Shown here one piece after another: positions 20,212 to 29,572 of a DNA stretch of 64,000 nt. The stretch is from a virus. Taxonomy: Duplodnaviria > Caudoviricetes. The notes under the pieces are model-generated. The model did no database searches. It saw only the letters and a program-made list of their open reading frames with translations, and was not told where the DNA came from. Both the position numbers and the translations under genes were made by a program. Location: positions 42,522 through 106,521 of the IMG/VR virus record IMGVR_UViG_3300013901_000008. One strand, given 5' to 3'. The first letter of the stretch is position 1; every line of letters begins with the position of its first letter.

Positions 20212-20655
20212 ATGAGAACATTAACAGAGTTTCAGAACGAGGTGCTCACTCCCCTTCGTGAGGAGCGAGACAAGAAGATGGCGGCAACCTACGCCAAGGA
20301 GCATGAGATTAAGAAGACGTACATGGATATAAAGAACCAGTACTCTCTCGAACAGATTGCTTTTGAGCGTCAGCAGAAGAAAGAACTTGATGATTTCACC
20401 GCCGAGCAGGAACGCAAGTTCCGTGAGTTTTGCATCAAGGCGAAAGCTGCAAAGGGAAAAGCCTACGATACTTGGCACCAGGGTTGCTGCGAGGTGAAGA
20501 TTCAACGCCGTAGTATTCACGAGACCTATCAAAATCAGTTTGACCTCGCCATCTCCGAATATAATAAGGAGCGAGTGGCAGCAGGTACCCCCCCATTAAT
20601 GTTCCATTACCCAGGACAAACACTGGAGGAAGTGAGTCAAGAAAGTAAGTCATGA
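20212..20655 (+). CDS. Hypothetical coiled-coil protein
   Basis: 147 aa charged helical ORF. Confidence 0.7.
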   Translation: MRTLTEFQNEVLTPLREERDKKMAATYAKEHEIKKTYMDIKNQYSLEQIAFERQQKKELDDFTAEQERKFREFCIKAKAAKGKAYDTWHQGCCEVKIQRRSIHETYQNQFDLAISEYNKERVAAGTPPLMFHYPGQTLEEVSQESKS

Positions 20656-21365
20656 GTTTTAATGGAACGAAAACACCTCTCAAACCTACGGGTAAGGCGA
20701 AGTATCAGATACCTTTGCGAGAAACGCCCACCAGCCATGGTGCGAAGAAGTATTGCTTAGAGGGAGAGCTGAAGGAGAAGTTCATCAAGCTCTTCCCCAA
20801 AAACTCCAACCGCAGAATGATGAAATGGTTTGGTATCTCCTTTTCCACCCTTCGCCGATTGAAGACCGACTTGGGATTAGAGAAGGACATGAAAGCCATC
20901 AAGCACCAACAGGCGATGGACGTAAAGAAGGTTTGCGAGAAGAACGGATATTACGATTCCTTACGAGGCAAGCCCATGCCCGATGCTTGCCAGGAGGCTT
21001 GCAAACAGCTAAGGGCATCAGGATTCCACCCGATGAGAGTTATCAAGGAGCGACAGCCCCGAAGATACAAGAATATTCTCCGTAGGCGCAGCGAGGCAAG
21101 GAAGAAGTTGATGGCAGACGAGAAGCGCAGATTGCTTTATGGTTTGGACCAACATACCAAGCTTCACGTCACATTGAAACCGATGAACTCCTCTGCATCC
21201 TCTTTCAAACATCTTATGAAGAGAAAGTACAATTACTTTTCCATTCGTGAGCATCCATGGTGGATATGTTACGATAAGCATACTGACCGCCGACCTCGAA
21301 GCGAAGAGACTGCCAAGAAACATGGCTTCATTATCGTAGAGGGAGAGGATGATCCTGATGAGTAG
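20652..21365 (+). CDS. Basic hypothetical protein with possible HTH
   Basis: NRRMMKWFGISFSTLRRLKTDLGL resembles an HTH; ATGA overlap with the upstream gene. Confidence 0.6.
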   Translation: MSFNGTKTPLKPTGKAKYQIPLRETPTSHGAKKYCLEGELKEKFIKLFPKNSNRRMMKWFGISFSTLRRLKTDLGLEKDMKAIKHQQAMDVKKVCEKNGYYDSLRGKPMPDACQEACKQLRASGFHPMRVIKERQPRRYKNILRRRSEARKKLMADEKRRLLYGLDQHTKLHVTLKPMNSSASSFKHLMKRKYNYFSIREHPWWICYDKHTDRRPRSEETAKKHGFIIVEGEDDPDE

Positions 21366-21391
21366 ATTATAACATAAAAGGTAAAGAAGAA

Positions 21392-22492
21392 ATGAACACA
21401 AAACAGCAAAACGTTCTTCGCTCATTGCTGAAGAAGTATCAATATAAGAATGTGAGCAACATGGTGCGCATGGCTCTCGGCATCAACTACGAGAATTTCT
21501 TGCAGAAGACAGAGCCGCTCTATGTGGTACCACGCATCGCTTCCTGCTATCCCGAAGGCGAAGACAGAAATTGTCTGAATGGCAAGGTATATAAGGAGTG
21601 GCTGGATATGTTGGTGCGCAAGCGTTGGGTGAACCCTATCAATGAATACACCGACCAATATGGAGCGCATATCGTGCTGCAAGCTATCTACTATCTTATC
21701 GACAACAATCTTTGGGATGTTTATGAGGGCAGACTTGCCCTGGATGCCAAGGAGGATAATTACTACGATAAGTTGGGTGATATGCCTTCCGCCATCGCCA
21801 TGATGGAGGAAAATAACAAGAAAGAGGCAGAGGCAGTTCAAGAGGAAGAGAAGACGCAGCCATCATTGCCAAGCGAGGGAAATAGCAAAAACAACAACCA
21901 ACGCCCTGAATGGTGGAACGCTCCAGATTATATTTTAAATGCAGACGAAGCGATGTCTTTGATGGGAGAGTCCGATGAAATGTTCTTGCATCTTACGCAA
22001 AATATGAAGCGTCTGGCCAACTATATATATACTGCTGCCGAATCTGATGTTTTGCGTGAGAAAATATCCGACCAGCAGAGTGAGCTGGAAAACGAAAAAA
22101 TGGTGCATCAAAAGCAAGTTTCCGTCTTGCAGGTACAGATTGATGACTATAAAGCCAAACTAGATGATGCCATCGCCACGGCAAAGAAAGCGAGCGATTA
22201 CATCGCCAATCTAAAGTTGAAACTTTCTGCCAAGGAGACCGAGGCTCAAAGGGAATATGATGAGCTGAATGCCAAGTATAAGAAAGCCCTCGATGAGCGA
22301 GACGCAGCCGACCGAGACTTGGAGGCTTGCAAGAAGCTTCTTGACGAGGAAGCCAACAAGCAGCAGTTGCCTAAGAAGAAGGTGATACCTTTCAGCGTTC
22401 TTGATGCAGTTCCTCTGCTGGGCAAGGGAGTAATGACAGGCTTGGTTCCGGTACTCGCAAGATATAACATTGTGGTGGACTATGACAAATAG
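21392..22492 (+). CDS. Hypothetical protein with C-terminal coiled coil
   Basis: 366 aa ORF. Confidence 0.75.
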   Translation: MNTKQQNVLRSLLKKYQYKNVSNMVRMALGINYENFLQKTEPLYVVPRIASCYPEGEDRNCLNGKVYKEWLDMLVRKRWVNPINEYTDQYGAHIVLQAIYYLIDNNLWDVYEGRLALDAKEDNYYDKLGDMPSAIAMMEENNKKEAEAVQEEEKTQPSLPSEGNSKNNNQRPEWWNAPDYILNADEAMSLMGESDEMFLHLTQNMKRLANYIYTAAESDVLREKISDQQSELENEKMVHQKQVSVLQVQIDDYKAKLDDAIATAKKASDYIANLKLKLSAKETEAQREYDELNAKYKKALDERDAADRDLEACKKLLDEEANKQQLPKKKVIPFSVLDAVPLLGKGVMTGLVPVLARYNIVVDYDK

Positions 22493-22506
22493 GGAGGCAA
22501 GAGCGT

Positions 22507-23349
22507 ATGGAGAATCATATACCAGGCGAAATCATGCGCAAGGTTAAACAAGACCTGATACACGAGGTATTGGCTATCCCGAACAGAATGACGCCGAGCA
22601 ATGAGCCTATCAAACTAGAACCCACCTTTCGAGGCAGTGAATACTACGACTCTAGTATGTATCTGAAGTTTAACAACGCCATCGAGCGAATGGCGCAGCC
22701 GAGGGAGGTAGAGCAGGTAGAGATAGACGTGGAGTCTGTTTGTCGAAACGAATGGGGCAGTGTCTATGCTGTGGCGGCGCATTACCCAAGCGGATTGGTA
22801 GATACGGATATGCTCACGAAGATGAGGGGCACCGACAAGATGTCGAAGGGCAGAGGTTACGGATGGTCTTCTTACCAGACTAAGTTTCGTTTTCACCCTC
22901 TTTTTGTTAGTGCTTACATCGCTTCAATATATGGCTTTCAGAAGGTAAGTGATTTGCAAATAGCCAAGGAGTTGATGGTCGGTTTTACAGCTTTAGGTAA
23001 GTCTGTATTTTATGGCAACTATTGTCTTTCAATCTGTGCTGGCGGCATCGAAATCATAAGGTGCATCGAGATTAGCAAGGGGGAGGGAATGACAGTAGAG
23101 GGCAATGTTTATCCAAGACCAACGGAAGCCATTGACTTTATTCCTTATGAGGAGATTGATAGTGCAAGCATCAAGAATCTGTATAGCCACGTCTTGCATA
23201 GATATGTGGAAGGCGAGGATTATAATGTAGATGATGTGGTAAATGATGATCTCGCCAAGGAAATCTTTGAGTTGAGTCTTTCGAGGCTCAAGAAGAAAGT
23301 GGGCGACAAGGGTATGGATCTTTTAACCAAGATGGATGAAAGAGGATAG
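22507..23349 (+). CDS. Hypothetical protein
   Basis: 280 aa ORF. Confidence 0.7.
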   Translation: MENHIPGEIMRKVKQDLIHEVLAIPNRMTPSNEPIKLEPTFRGSEYYDSSMYLKFNNAIERMAQPREVEQVEIDVESVCRNEWGSVYAVAAHYPSGLVDTDMLTKMRGTDKMSKGRGYGWSSYQTKFRFHPLFVSAYIASIYGFQKVSDLQIAKELMVGFTALGKSVFYGNYCLSICAGGIEIIRCIEISKGEGMTVEGNVYPRPTEAIDFIPYEEIDSASIKNLYSHVLHRYVEGEDYNVDDVVNDDLAKEIFELSLSRLKKKVGDKGMDLLTKMDERG

Positions 23350-23524
23350 TTGGAAGATAAGGGTGAATATCGACGGTGATACACTTCACCTGAAGGCATC
23401 GCTCAATGGCAAGCAGATAGATGTAACCAACAAGACTTCGGCTTGCAATATAGCGGGGTTGTCGTCGAAAGTATCTGCCAAGATAGTAGCACACTTTAAT
23501 CAAGTGGAAATTAATAAAGAATAG
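23336..23524 (+). CDS. Small hypothetical protein
   Basis: 62 aa ORF overlapping the upstream stop. Confidence 0.5.
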   Translation: MKEDSWKIRVNIDGDTLHLKASLNGKQIDVTNKTSACNIAGLSSKVSAKIVAHFNQVEINKE

Positions 23525-23545
23525 AGGTTAATAAAGAAAAAGAAA

Positions 23546-24292
23546 ATGGGAAAGGGAAATAACATCGGATATATCCGAAGAAGTGAGGATACGGAGGATT
23601 TCCAGTTTGGCGAATTGAGTAATGGCGATATGGTGTATGGCTATATGCTTGGCGATGATGGCAAGCCAAAGGACAAGGAGGTTTGCATTGTGAGTGATAC
23701 GTCCAAACTCTTCGCTGGTGTATATACGGCTCGCTACCGTCTGAAGATATGGACGGGCATAGCTACACAAGAGGACATGGCGAACAGTCATAATCGAATG
23801 CCTATCCGTGAACTCACCATTGTTCCTATCAGTGAGGATTGGTTCGCCGAGAACTCTGCGATATTCCGCGAGATAAAAGGAAGTGAGGATATTAAGCCAA
23901 GAGACAGCGATATGCGTGTGGCATTCTGCTATGAGTTTAAGGCTCGTCGATGGCAAGCCACTTATTACGCCGTAGGCTTCGAGTTGAGTTTTACCGACCT
24001 TACCTTGTACGACAAGCTGCAGCAGGAGGGCTTGCAGTTTACGGCTTGCGAGGCGCAATCGAGAGGCAAAGCCACCATCGTTCAGATTGTGAAGCCAGTA
24101 AAACGTGCGGCAAGCAATAGCAAGGTGCATGATACCTTTACTGCGGCAGCCGTGGCGCAATTCATCGCCGTGCATGAGTTACAGCATTTCCTCAGACTCT
24201 GCGGTATCTTTGATACATTTAATGTGCCTAAAGAGCTGTTGAGCGACGAGAAATTATCGCATAAGGTAGTAGATGGAAAGGTTGTGGAATGA
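23546..24292 (+). CDS. Hypothetical protein
   Basis: 248 aa; C-terminal VHELQHFLRLCGI motif common in Bacteroidetes phage ORFs. Confidence 0.7.
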   Translation: MGKGNNIGYIRRSEDTEDFQFGELSNGDMVYGYMLGDDGKPKDKEVCIVSDTSKLFAGVYTARYRLKIWTGIATQEDMANSHNRMPIRELTIVPISEDWFAENSAIFREIKGSEDIKPRDSDMRVAFCYEFKARRWQATYYAVGFELSFTDLTLYDKLQQEGLQFTACEAQSRGKATIVQIVKPVKRAASNSKVHDTFTAAAVAQFIAVHELQHFLRLCGIFDTFNVPKELLSDEKLSHKVVDGKVVE

Positions 24293-24327
24293 CGTAAGTA
24301 AACAATAAAAACAAAAAGCAAAAAGAA

Positions 24328-25131
24328 ATGAAGACATTTTTCAAAGAGCTGGGCATATCATTAGTGCCCGTTATTCTCGCACTATTGGCAGCAATCGCCA
24401 TGCGGTTGATAATGGATTCTGCATTCAGAGTCTTGCATCCGTCAATATTCTCTAATGAAGTGTATGAGTGCTGCGTATCGGCTATGTGGTATGTAGTATT
24501 GAGTAGCATCGTCGTATGCTGGGTATTTATCCCTTTGATGGCTTGGCGCAAGCGAAAGATTATTGCCTGGCGTTTGGCTGACCTCGAAAAGGAAGACGGC
24601 GGCAACCATTCATCTGGGGATGAAAAGGATAATAACGGTTCATCGGACACCACAGACAAGGAAACGGTAAACGTTCAGATTTGCCCAATGAGACAAAAGT
24701 GGTACCGTACTATTCGCTTTATCTTTTGCGCCAATATTAAGGATATGACGTTCGGTAGCGTGCAGATGGATATACCTACGGAAGATGAAAAAGAGTTTGA
24801 GCCGTTTTGGAGAGATTGCGATGCTTTCATCTATGCCCTGTGTGTAGATAATGTAGCAAGAAAACATGGTGTCGGCGGCTCGCTATTGTTCGCCGTAGAG
24901 AACCAGGCTAAAATAGAGGGTTGCAAGACGGTAGCCCTGCGTTGGGATGATAGGGAGAGTGAGCCTTGGGTGTTAGATTGGTATAAGCGCAAGGGATATA
25001 AGGAAACAAAGATAGAAGGCGACGGACACAGCCATTTCCTTGTAAAGCAACTCGGCAAGAGCGAGACTGGCGGACCATCGAATGATGATGAGGAGCCATC
25101 TGGTAGCGATAACAATGCAGCCGATGAGTAG
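24328..25131 (+). CDS. Membrane-anchored GNAT acetyltransferase
   Basis: Two N-terminal TM helices; IYALCVDNVARKHGVGGSLL (motif A) and WYKRKGY (motif B). Confidence 0.8.
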   Translation: MKTFFKELGISLVPVILALLAAIAMRLIMDSAFRVLHPSIFSNEVYECCVSAMWYVVLSSIVVCWVFIPLMAWRKRKIIAWRLADLEKEDGGNHSSGDEKDNNGSSDTTDKETVNVQICPMRQKWYRTIRFIFCANIKDMTFGSVQMDIPTEDEKEFEPFWRDCDAFIYALCVDNVARKHGVGGSLLFAVENQAKIEGCKTVALRWDDRESEPWVLDWYKRKGYKETKIEGDGHSHFLVKQLGKSETGGPSNDDEEPSGSDNNAADE

Positions 25132-25303
25132 TAAGGTTAGTAACAGCAGTATTCGTACCATCGTGGTGGGCAGCTTAGACATCCCTCCCTTTGATAAGCG
25201 GTTCGACATCGCCCGTCGGGTATATTCGCCCGACGGCATCGCTCCCGCTTGTCATACATGTGGGGGGGGTGGCTTGCAGCCTAAGATATTGATTGAGTTA
25301 TGA
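25124..25303 (+). CDS. Mini-ORF resembling a C5-methyltransferase variable/TRD segment
   Basis: RRVYSPDGIAPACHTCGGGGLQPKI; G8 tract 25262-25269; start taken at ATG 25124. Confidence 0.55.
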   Translation: MSSKVSNSSIRTIVVGSLDIPPFDKRFDIARRVYSPDGIAPACHTCGGGGLQPKILIEL

Positions 25304-25431
25304 GAGCAATCGGCATCTTTCAATATCCGAGAGGTTTTAATAAGGGCTTGTTTCTAAAGACGAGACTTAGCCCTACGATAACCATCCACGCTTGGCAAGA
25401 GAATACTTATCTCTTCGAGAGGTATGAGTAA
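25300..25431 (+). CDS. Second TRD-like mini-ORF (43 aa, MRAIGIFQYPRGFNKG...SPTITIHAWQENTYL), not in the ORF track
   Basis: ATGA overlap with the previous ORF; PRGFNKG..PTIT..W..N resembles phage MTase variable regions. Confidence 0.5.
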   Translation: MRAIGIFQYPRGFNKGLFLKTRLSPTITIHAWQENTYLFERYE

Positions 25432-25473
25432 TGGTTTTTGAGTAATAATAAAACAACAAGAATTTATAGTATT

Positions 25474-25845
25474 ATGGAACATAAGGAAAAAGATAACCAG
25501 AACGAGCAGAACACTCGTGAGGAGCACAATGATGTTCTTGGTAACAAGAGCGAGTTGGGTAGTCTAACACAAAAAGAAAAGGATAGTTTGGCGTATTACC
25601 ACAAGTCGAAAGCTCTTACCGACACCATCGTTGATATGTATAATGATGATGCGGAATTGACTCCCGCTTGCGTACTCATGGCTTTCGGCTTCTTCATTGC
25701 TTGCCTCGAAAGAGGCTGTGCAAAGGAGCACCGAGGCGAGGTTTTTCCCAGGGCTTTGTCTGTTATAGGCAAGGGCTATACACTCGACAATACCTTGCAG
25801 CGAGAGGTGGAAAAATCGGAAGATGAGAATAAAAAAGAACAGTGA
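25474..25845 (+). CDS. Hypothetical protein
   Basis: ORF track 25438..25845; likely start MEHKEKD. Confidence 0.6.
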   Translation: MEHKEKDNQNEQNTREEHNDVLGNKSELGSLTQKEKDSLAYYHKSKALTDTIVDMYNDDAELTPACVLMAFGFFIACLERGCAKEHRGEVFPRALSVIGKGYTLDNTLQREVEKSEDENKKEQ

Positions 25846-26542
25846 TATGGAGTTACAAAAAGCAATATTAGCGTATAGCGGCAACGAGAGTTTCAAGGAG
25901 AACTCTCGTGTGGGTAAGGAAACTGCGGCAAGCCCCACCCTGTCTGAACTGATGGATAGGGACGATGTTTCTGGCTCCAATTTCGCAGGGCTTGGCACCG
26001 ATGTTTGGATTATACCAAGAAAAAAGATGGCGGCATCTTTTACCAAAGGCATCGGACTATATAAGGGAGATGGCGACGAGAATGAAAATCATATAGACTT
26101 CGATGAGTTATGTAAGAATGGCACACACCTGACTATATCGGATAATTCTAATGATGATGAATCAGGTATAGGTTGTACCAAGCCATTGCCGCTTGACAAT
26201 CCTTTCGTGCATAGTATTCCTATCACTGTGGATTTTGATTTGAGTGATCACCTTCGCTCGGCTTGCAAGTTGGCGAAATGCATTCTTCCTTATGGTAGTA
26301 ATATCCCACTCATCGAACGATATGAGTATGCTCTTGGTAAGGATATATCGTCATTAGGAATGAAGAAACCTTGGAGATATTATCATATCCCAAGTCTCGA
26401 AATTCTCTCTGCAACCCATCAGAACGACATGTTAGGTCTATTGTTCGTGGTAAATGGCAAAGCGATCGGAAGCATGACGTGTGACGAATATCTTAGCCAT
26501 CTTACTTGCGAAAAATGGGAAAGTGTTTTCGGAAAAAGATAG
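25823..26542 (+). CDS. Hypothetical protein
   Basis: 239 aa ORF; true start may be ATG 25847. Confidence 0.6.
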   Translation: MRIKKNSDMELQKAILAYSGNESFKENSRVGKETAASPTLSELMDRDDVSGSNFAGLGTDVWIIPRKKMAASFTKGIGLYKGDGDENENHIDFDELCKNGTHLTISDNSNDDESGIGCTKPLPLDNPFVHSIPITVDFDLSDHLRSACKLAKCILPYGSNIPLIERYEYALGKDISSLGMKKPWRYYHIPSLEILSATHQNDMLGLLFVVNGKAIGSMTCDEYLSHLTCEKWESVFGKR

Positions 26543-26673
26543 CGCATTTAGTCATACGTTTTATGTCGCATTTTTTTTGAAGGAGTATATTTATCAAGTT
26601 TAAAGATTATAGATTATGGGTGAAATTATCTGTAGTCCGGAACTTTTTAGTGAACGAATAAATTGATTGAATT

Positions 26674-26967
26674 ATGGCATGTAATTGTATATTAAATATC
26701 GAGAAGCTCATCAAGGAGCGAACTAACGAAACCGGTTGCGTAGATTCTGGTATCACCTGCCCAGATGGAAATCTTCGCATGAATGTTTATGGCTTGTATC
26801 ATAAACAAAAGAAAGATGGCACCTACCAAGATAAGTGGCAGCAAGTAAACCTGATGGCAGAATATTGCCCTTTCTGTGGCAAGAAGTATGTAGAGGATGA
26901 GGTTCTTATTCCTATTGGAGGTGGCAGTCTTAATGATGCAATCGAGAAAATGAGAAAAAATAAGTAG
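26674..26967 (+). CDS. Small Zn-binding hypothetical protein
   Basis: N-terminal CNC and YCPFCG motifs. Confidence 0.7.
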   Translation: MACNCILNIEKLIKERTNETGCVDSGITCPDGNLRMNVYGLYHKQKKDGTYQDKWQQVNLMAEYCPFCGKKYVEDEVLIPIGGGSLNDAIEKMRKNK

Positions 26968-26971
26968 TGAT

Positions 26972-27355
26972 ATGGAAGTAAGTACGAAAACAAAGATATA
27001 CGACGCGAGTAAGCAAGATCGAGGCTTCGACTATCAGTTTTACCTCGCCACCCTTCGCACGGCTGATGCAGCCGAGCTGCCCATGGTGAAGCGAGACGAC
27101 CTGGCGAGGGCTATGGCAATCGTCTATGCCGACCAGGGAGGCAACGAGCAAATCACATCCAGCTACAAGCTGATGGCAGAGATGCAGTTTGCCCAGGAGA
27201 AATATCATATCCAGGGAGGTGAGAAGCCCGATACCAAGTTTATCACCCTCGTAAAAAGATATATCCGAGAAATCGAAATATACCAAGAGCAACTCGACGG
27301 CTTCCCAGATTGGGCACATCTTTTAATGAAGGAGCGATATGGCATTATGATATGA
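26972..27355 (+). CDS. Hypothetical protein
   Basis: 127 aa ORF. Confidence 0.7.
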   Translation: MEVSTKTKIYDASKQDRGFDYQFYLATLRTADAAELPMVKRDDLARAMAIVYADQGGNEQITSSYKLMAEMQFAQEKYHIQGGEKPDTKFITLVKRYIREIEIYQEQLDGFPDWAHLLMKERYGIMI

Positions 27356-27497
27356 GGATATAAACTATGATGTTTTATCGAAAATTTATCCTATCATTAG
27401 CATTTTTAATACAAGCGCAAATGTTTTACGAAATATTTTATTTACTTTTGCAGTCATATAAATTTGATTTATCATTTAGACTAAAAAGTAAGAGAGT

Positions 27498-28403
27498 ATG
27501 GAACTAAGACATTTGCGCTCGTTTGTTTATGTGGCAGATACGCTTTCGTTTAGCGTAGCTGCATCCTATTGTTGTGTCACCCAATCGGCAGTTAGCCAAC
27601 ATATCAAGGCTTTGGAAGATGAGTTAGGTTGCAAATTATTGATACGTACCTCGCATGACATCATGCTAACCGAAAGCGGAGAGGCTTTGCTACCTCGCGC
27701 CAAGGAGATACTGAAGCAGACGGAAGACTGCAAGGAACATATTCATGCCATCAACAACTGCATCACAGGCGAATTGCGTATTGGGGTTGGTTCTTTTATC
27801 GCTCCTTATATACGTGTAGCTGCACTTACTTTCATGGAGCGATACCCTAACGTCCTTATCAATGCGGATTTCAATAAGGCACATATTCTGAACCGTTCGC
27901 TTCGATCACATAACATCGACCTTGCGTTCACGATGAATACTGCCTACAAGCATGAGGGCATTGAGTCTAAGCCATGCATCCCTTTTCATATCTATACTAT
28001 CATGCGTAATACTCATCCTTTGGCCAACAAGGATAAATTAGCATACGAAGACCTTTTGAAACATCCTGTTGTCATGCCAGATGTCGGAGAGCGAGAGTTT
28101 GAGACTTGCCAACGCTATATCCAGCGAGACCTCACCAAACTAAATGCAAGATGTATCGTAAGTGACCCTGATGAAGCCCTTGCAGCCGTAGAGGAAACGC
28201 ATTGGATAACCTTTGCGCCTAAGCTATATCTAAAGAACCACCCTACCCTCGTAGCTCGACCTATCATAAGCCTTGAGCAAGGTTTTGTGAGTAACGTACA
28301 TTATATGCAAGATGTTCCGATGAAACGTTCTGCGCAACTTTTCCTTGACATTATCAAGGAAGAAGCAATACCTTATATCGCCGCTTTGGAAGAGACGATG
28401 TAA
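27498..28403 (+). CDS. LysR-family transcriptional regulator (8 Cys)
   Basis: MELRHLRSF...SFSVAA...VTQSAVSQHIKALEDELG.KLL.R...LTESG HTH; GELRIG substrate domain; own TACTTTTG promoter at 27443-27450. Confidence 0.95.
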   Translation: MELRHLRSFVYVADTLSFSVAASYCCVTQSAVSQHIKALEDELGCKLLIRTSHDIMLTESGEALLPRAKEILKQTEDCKEHIHAINNCITGELRIGVGSFIAPYIRVAALTFMERYPNVLINADFNKAHILNRSLRSHNIDLAFTMNTAYKHEGIESKPCIPFHIYTIMRNTHPLANKDKLAYEDLLKHPVVMPDVGEREFETCQRYIQRDLTKLNARCIVSDPDEALAAVEETHWITFAPKLYLKNHPTLVARPIISLEQGFVSNVHYMQDVPMKRSAQLFLDIIKEEAIPYIAALEETM

Positions 28404-28446
28404 GATGAGTTATCAATTTTGATAATTATATAAGATGAGTTATCAA
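28401..28446. promoter_or_regulatory. Candidate LysR operator: direct repeat TAAGATGAGTTATCAA x2 with overlapping palindrome TTATCAA-TT-TTGATAA
   Basis: Repeats at 28401-28416 and 28431-28446; palindrome 28410-28425; -7 box TACCTTTG at 28538-28545. Confidence 0.55.
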
Positions 28447-28586
28447 AAATTATAATCATAAGATAAGCGTTTCTTCCTTATAATTTTGTTGCAACGACAT
28501 TTAATGGAAACCACATTTCTGTTTACCTGTTTCGCTTTACCTTTGCATACGATTCCGATATTGGAAGAATTTAATACAATGAAGTT

Positions 28587-29105
28587 ATGCAGGTAAAAAC
28601 GAATGATGGTAACTACGATGTTGCCAGCAAGGGATTGGGCAACACAGCCCTTGGCCTCGGTATCGCTGGTTTGGCTACTAGTTTGCTGGGCGGCGGTGCC
28701 TCGCTTTTTAATCTTGGGCGAGGAAACAATGGTATGACTGCCAACCCTACCGACCCTGATGCTCGTTTCGTCACTAAGAGCGAGACGAACCTTATTCAGG
28801 AAAACTCTACTCTCAAGACAGAGCTTGCTATCCAGAAGAGCGAGAACTACACCGATAAGAAATTGGTGGAGGTTACTCAGTATTTGGATGGCAAGGTACG
28901 TCAGCTTGAGAACAAAGTGGATGCCAACAAGGATGCACAGCAAGCCGTAAATGCACAGCAGATGGCATACAATGCCGCTGCCAATGCCAACATCGACGTG
29001 CTTAAATCGCAGGTGGCAGCACTCACCAGTGTTACCAAGTTGATGATTCCGTCGGGCAATGTTTGCCAGACGGGTTGCGGATGTGGATGTGCTTGTAATC
29101 AGTAA
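28587..29105 (+). CDS. Gly-zipper + coiled-coil + Cys-rich tail protein
   Basis: GLGNTALGLGIAGLATSLLGGG hydrophobic helix, long coiled coil, C-terminal CQTGCGCGCAC. Confidence 0.8.
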   Translation: MQVKTNDGNYDVASKGLGNTALGLGIAGLATSLLGGGASLFNLGRGNNGMTANPTDPDARFVTKSETNLIQENSTLKTELAIQKSENYTDKKLVEVTQYLDGKVRQLENKVDANKDAQQAVNAQQMAYNAAANANIDVLKSQVAALTSVTKLMIPSGNVCQTGCGCGCACNQ

Positions 29106-29117
29106 AGCTTAGGCGAT

Positions 29118-29540
29118 ATGGAATACAAGAACTCCCAAATTTTGGCAGCGGTCGTGTCCGAATGGGCACGCCCTGCCATTTCTCAGATAGCCGCTGGCAA
29201 TCTGATGCGCCTTCCTATGTTGCAATCTCTGCAAGCTACCATCGGTGGCATGGGGCTTGTGAGTGGAAGCTATTCCCTACAAGCAGATATGGAACCTATG
29301 ATTCAACCTGTAGTGAATGCACTCGTTACCCCGATGCTTACCAAGTATTTTGGTAACATTCCAGAAGAGAGTATTCCGCAGATGGCTCATGATGTAGTGA
29401 ACAGTCTTCGCTACAAGGGTCCACTGTCGGTATTGGAGGGGTTGGTTACTTTCGAGGAAGAAGATCTCGATGAACTCGCAGACCTTCTTCAGAAGAATCT
29501 ACCAGTAGAGAGTAATCAGGGCTATCAAGTAAAACATTAA
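29118..29540 (+). CDS. Hypothetical helical protein of the LysR-linked operon
   Basis: 140 aa ORF tightly packed in the operon. Confidence 0.75.
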   Translation: MEYKNSQILAAVVSEWARPAISQIAAGNLMRLPMLQSLQATIGGMGLVSGSYSLQADMEPMIQPVVNALVTPMLTKYFGNIPEESIPQMAHDVVNSLRYKGPLSVLEGLVTFEEEDLDELADLLQKNLPVESNQGYQVKH

Positions 29541-29572
29541 TATCGAAAAGCTTTTCGGCGACTTAAACAGAA

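Noticed and set aside
27498-28403. Calling the LysR protein OxyR
   Set aside because: It is Cys-rich but lacks the GHCxRDQ...C redox motif, so it is left as a generic LysR
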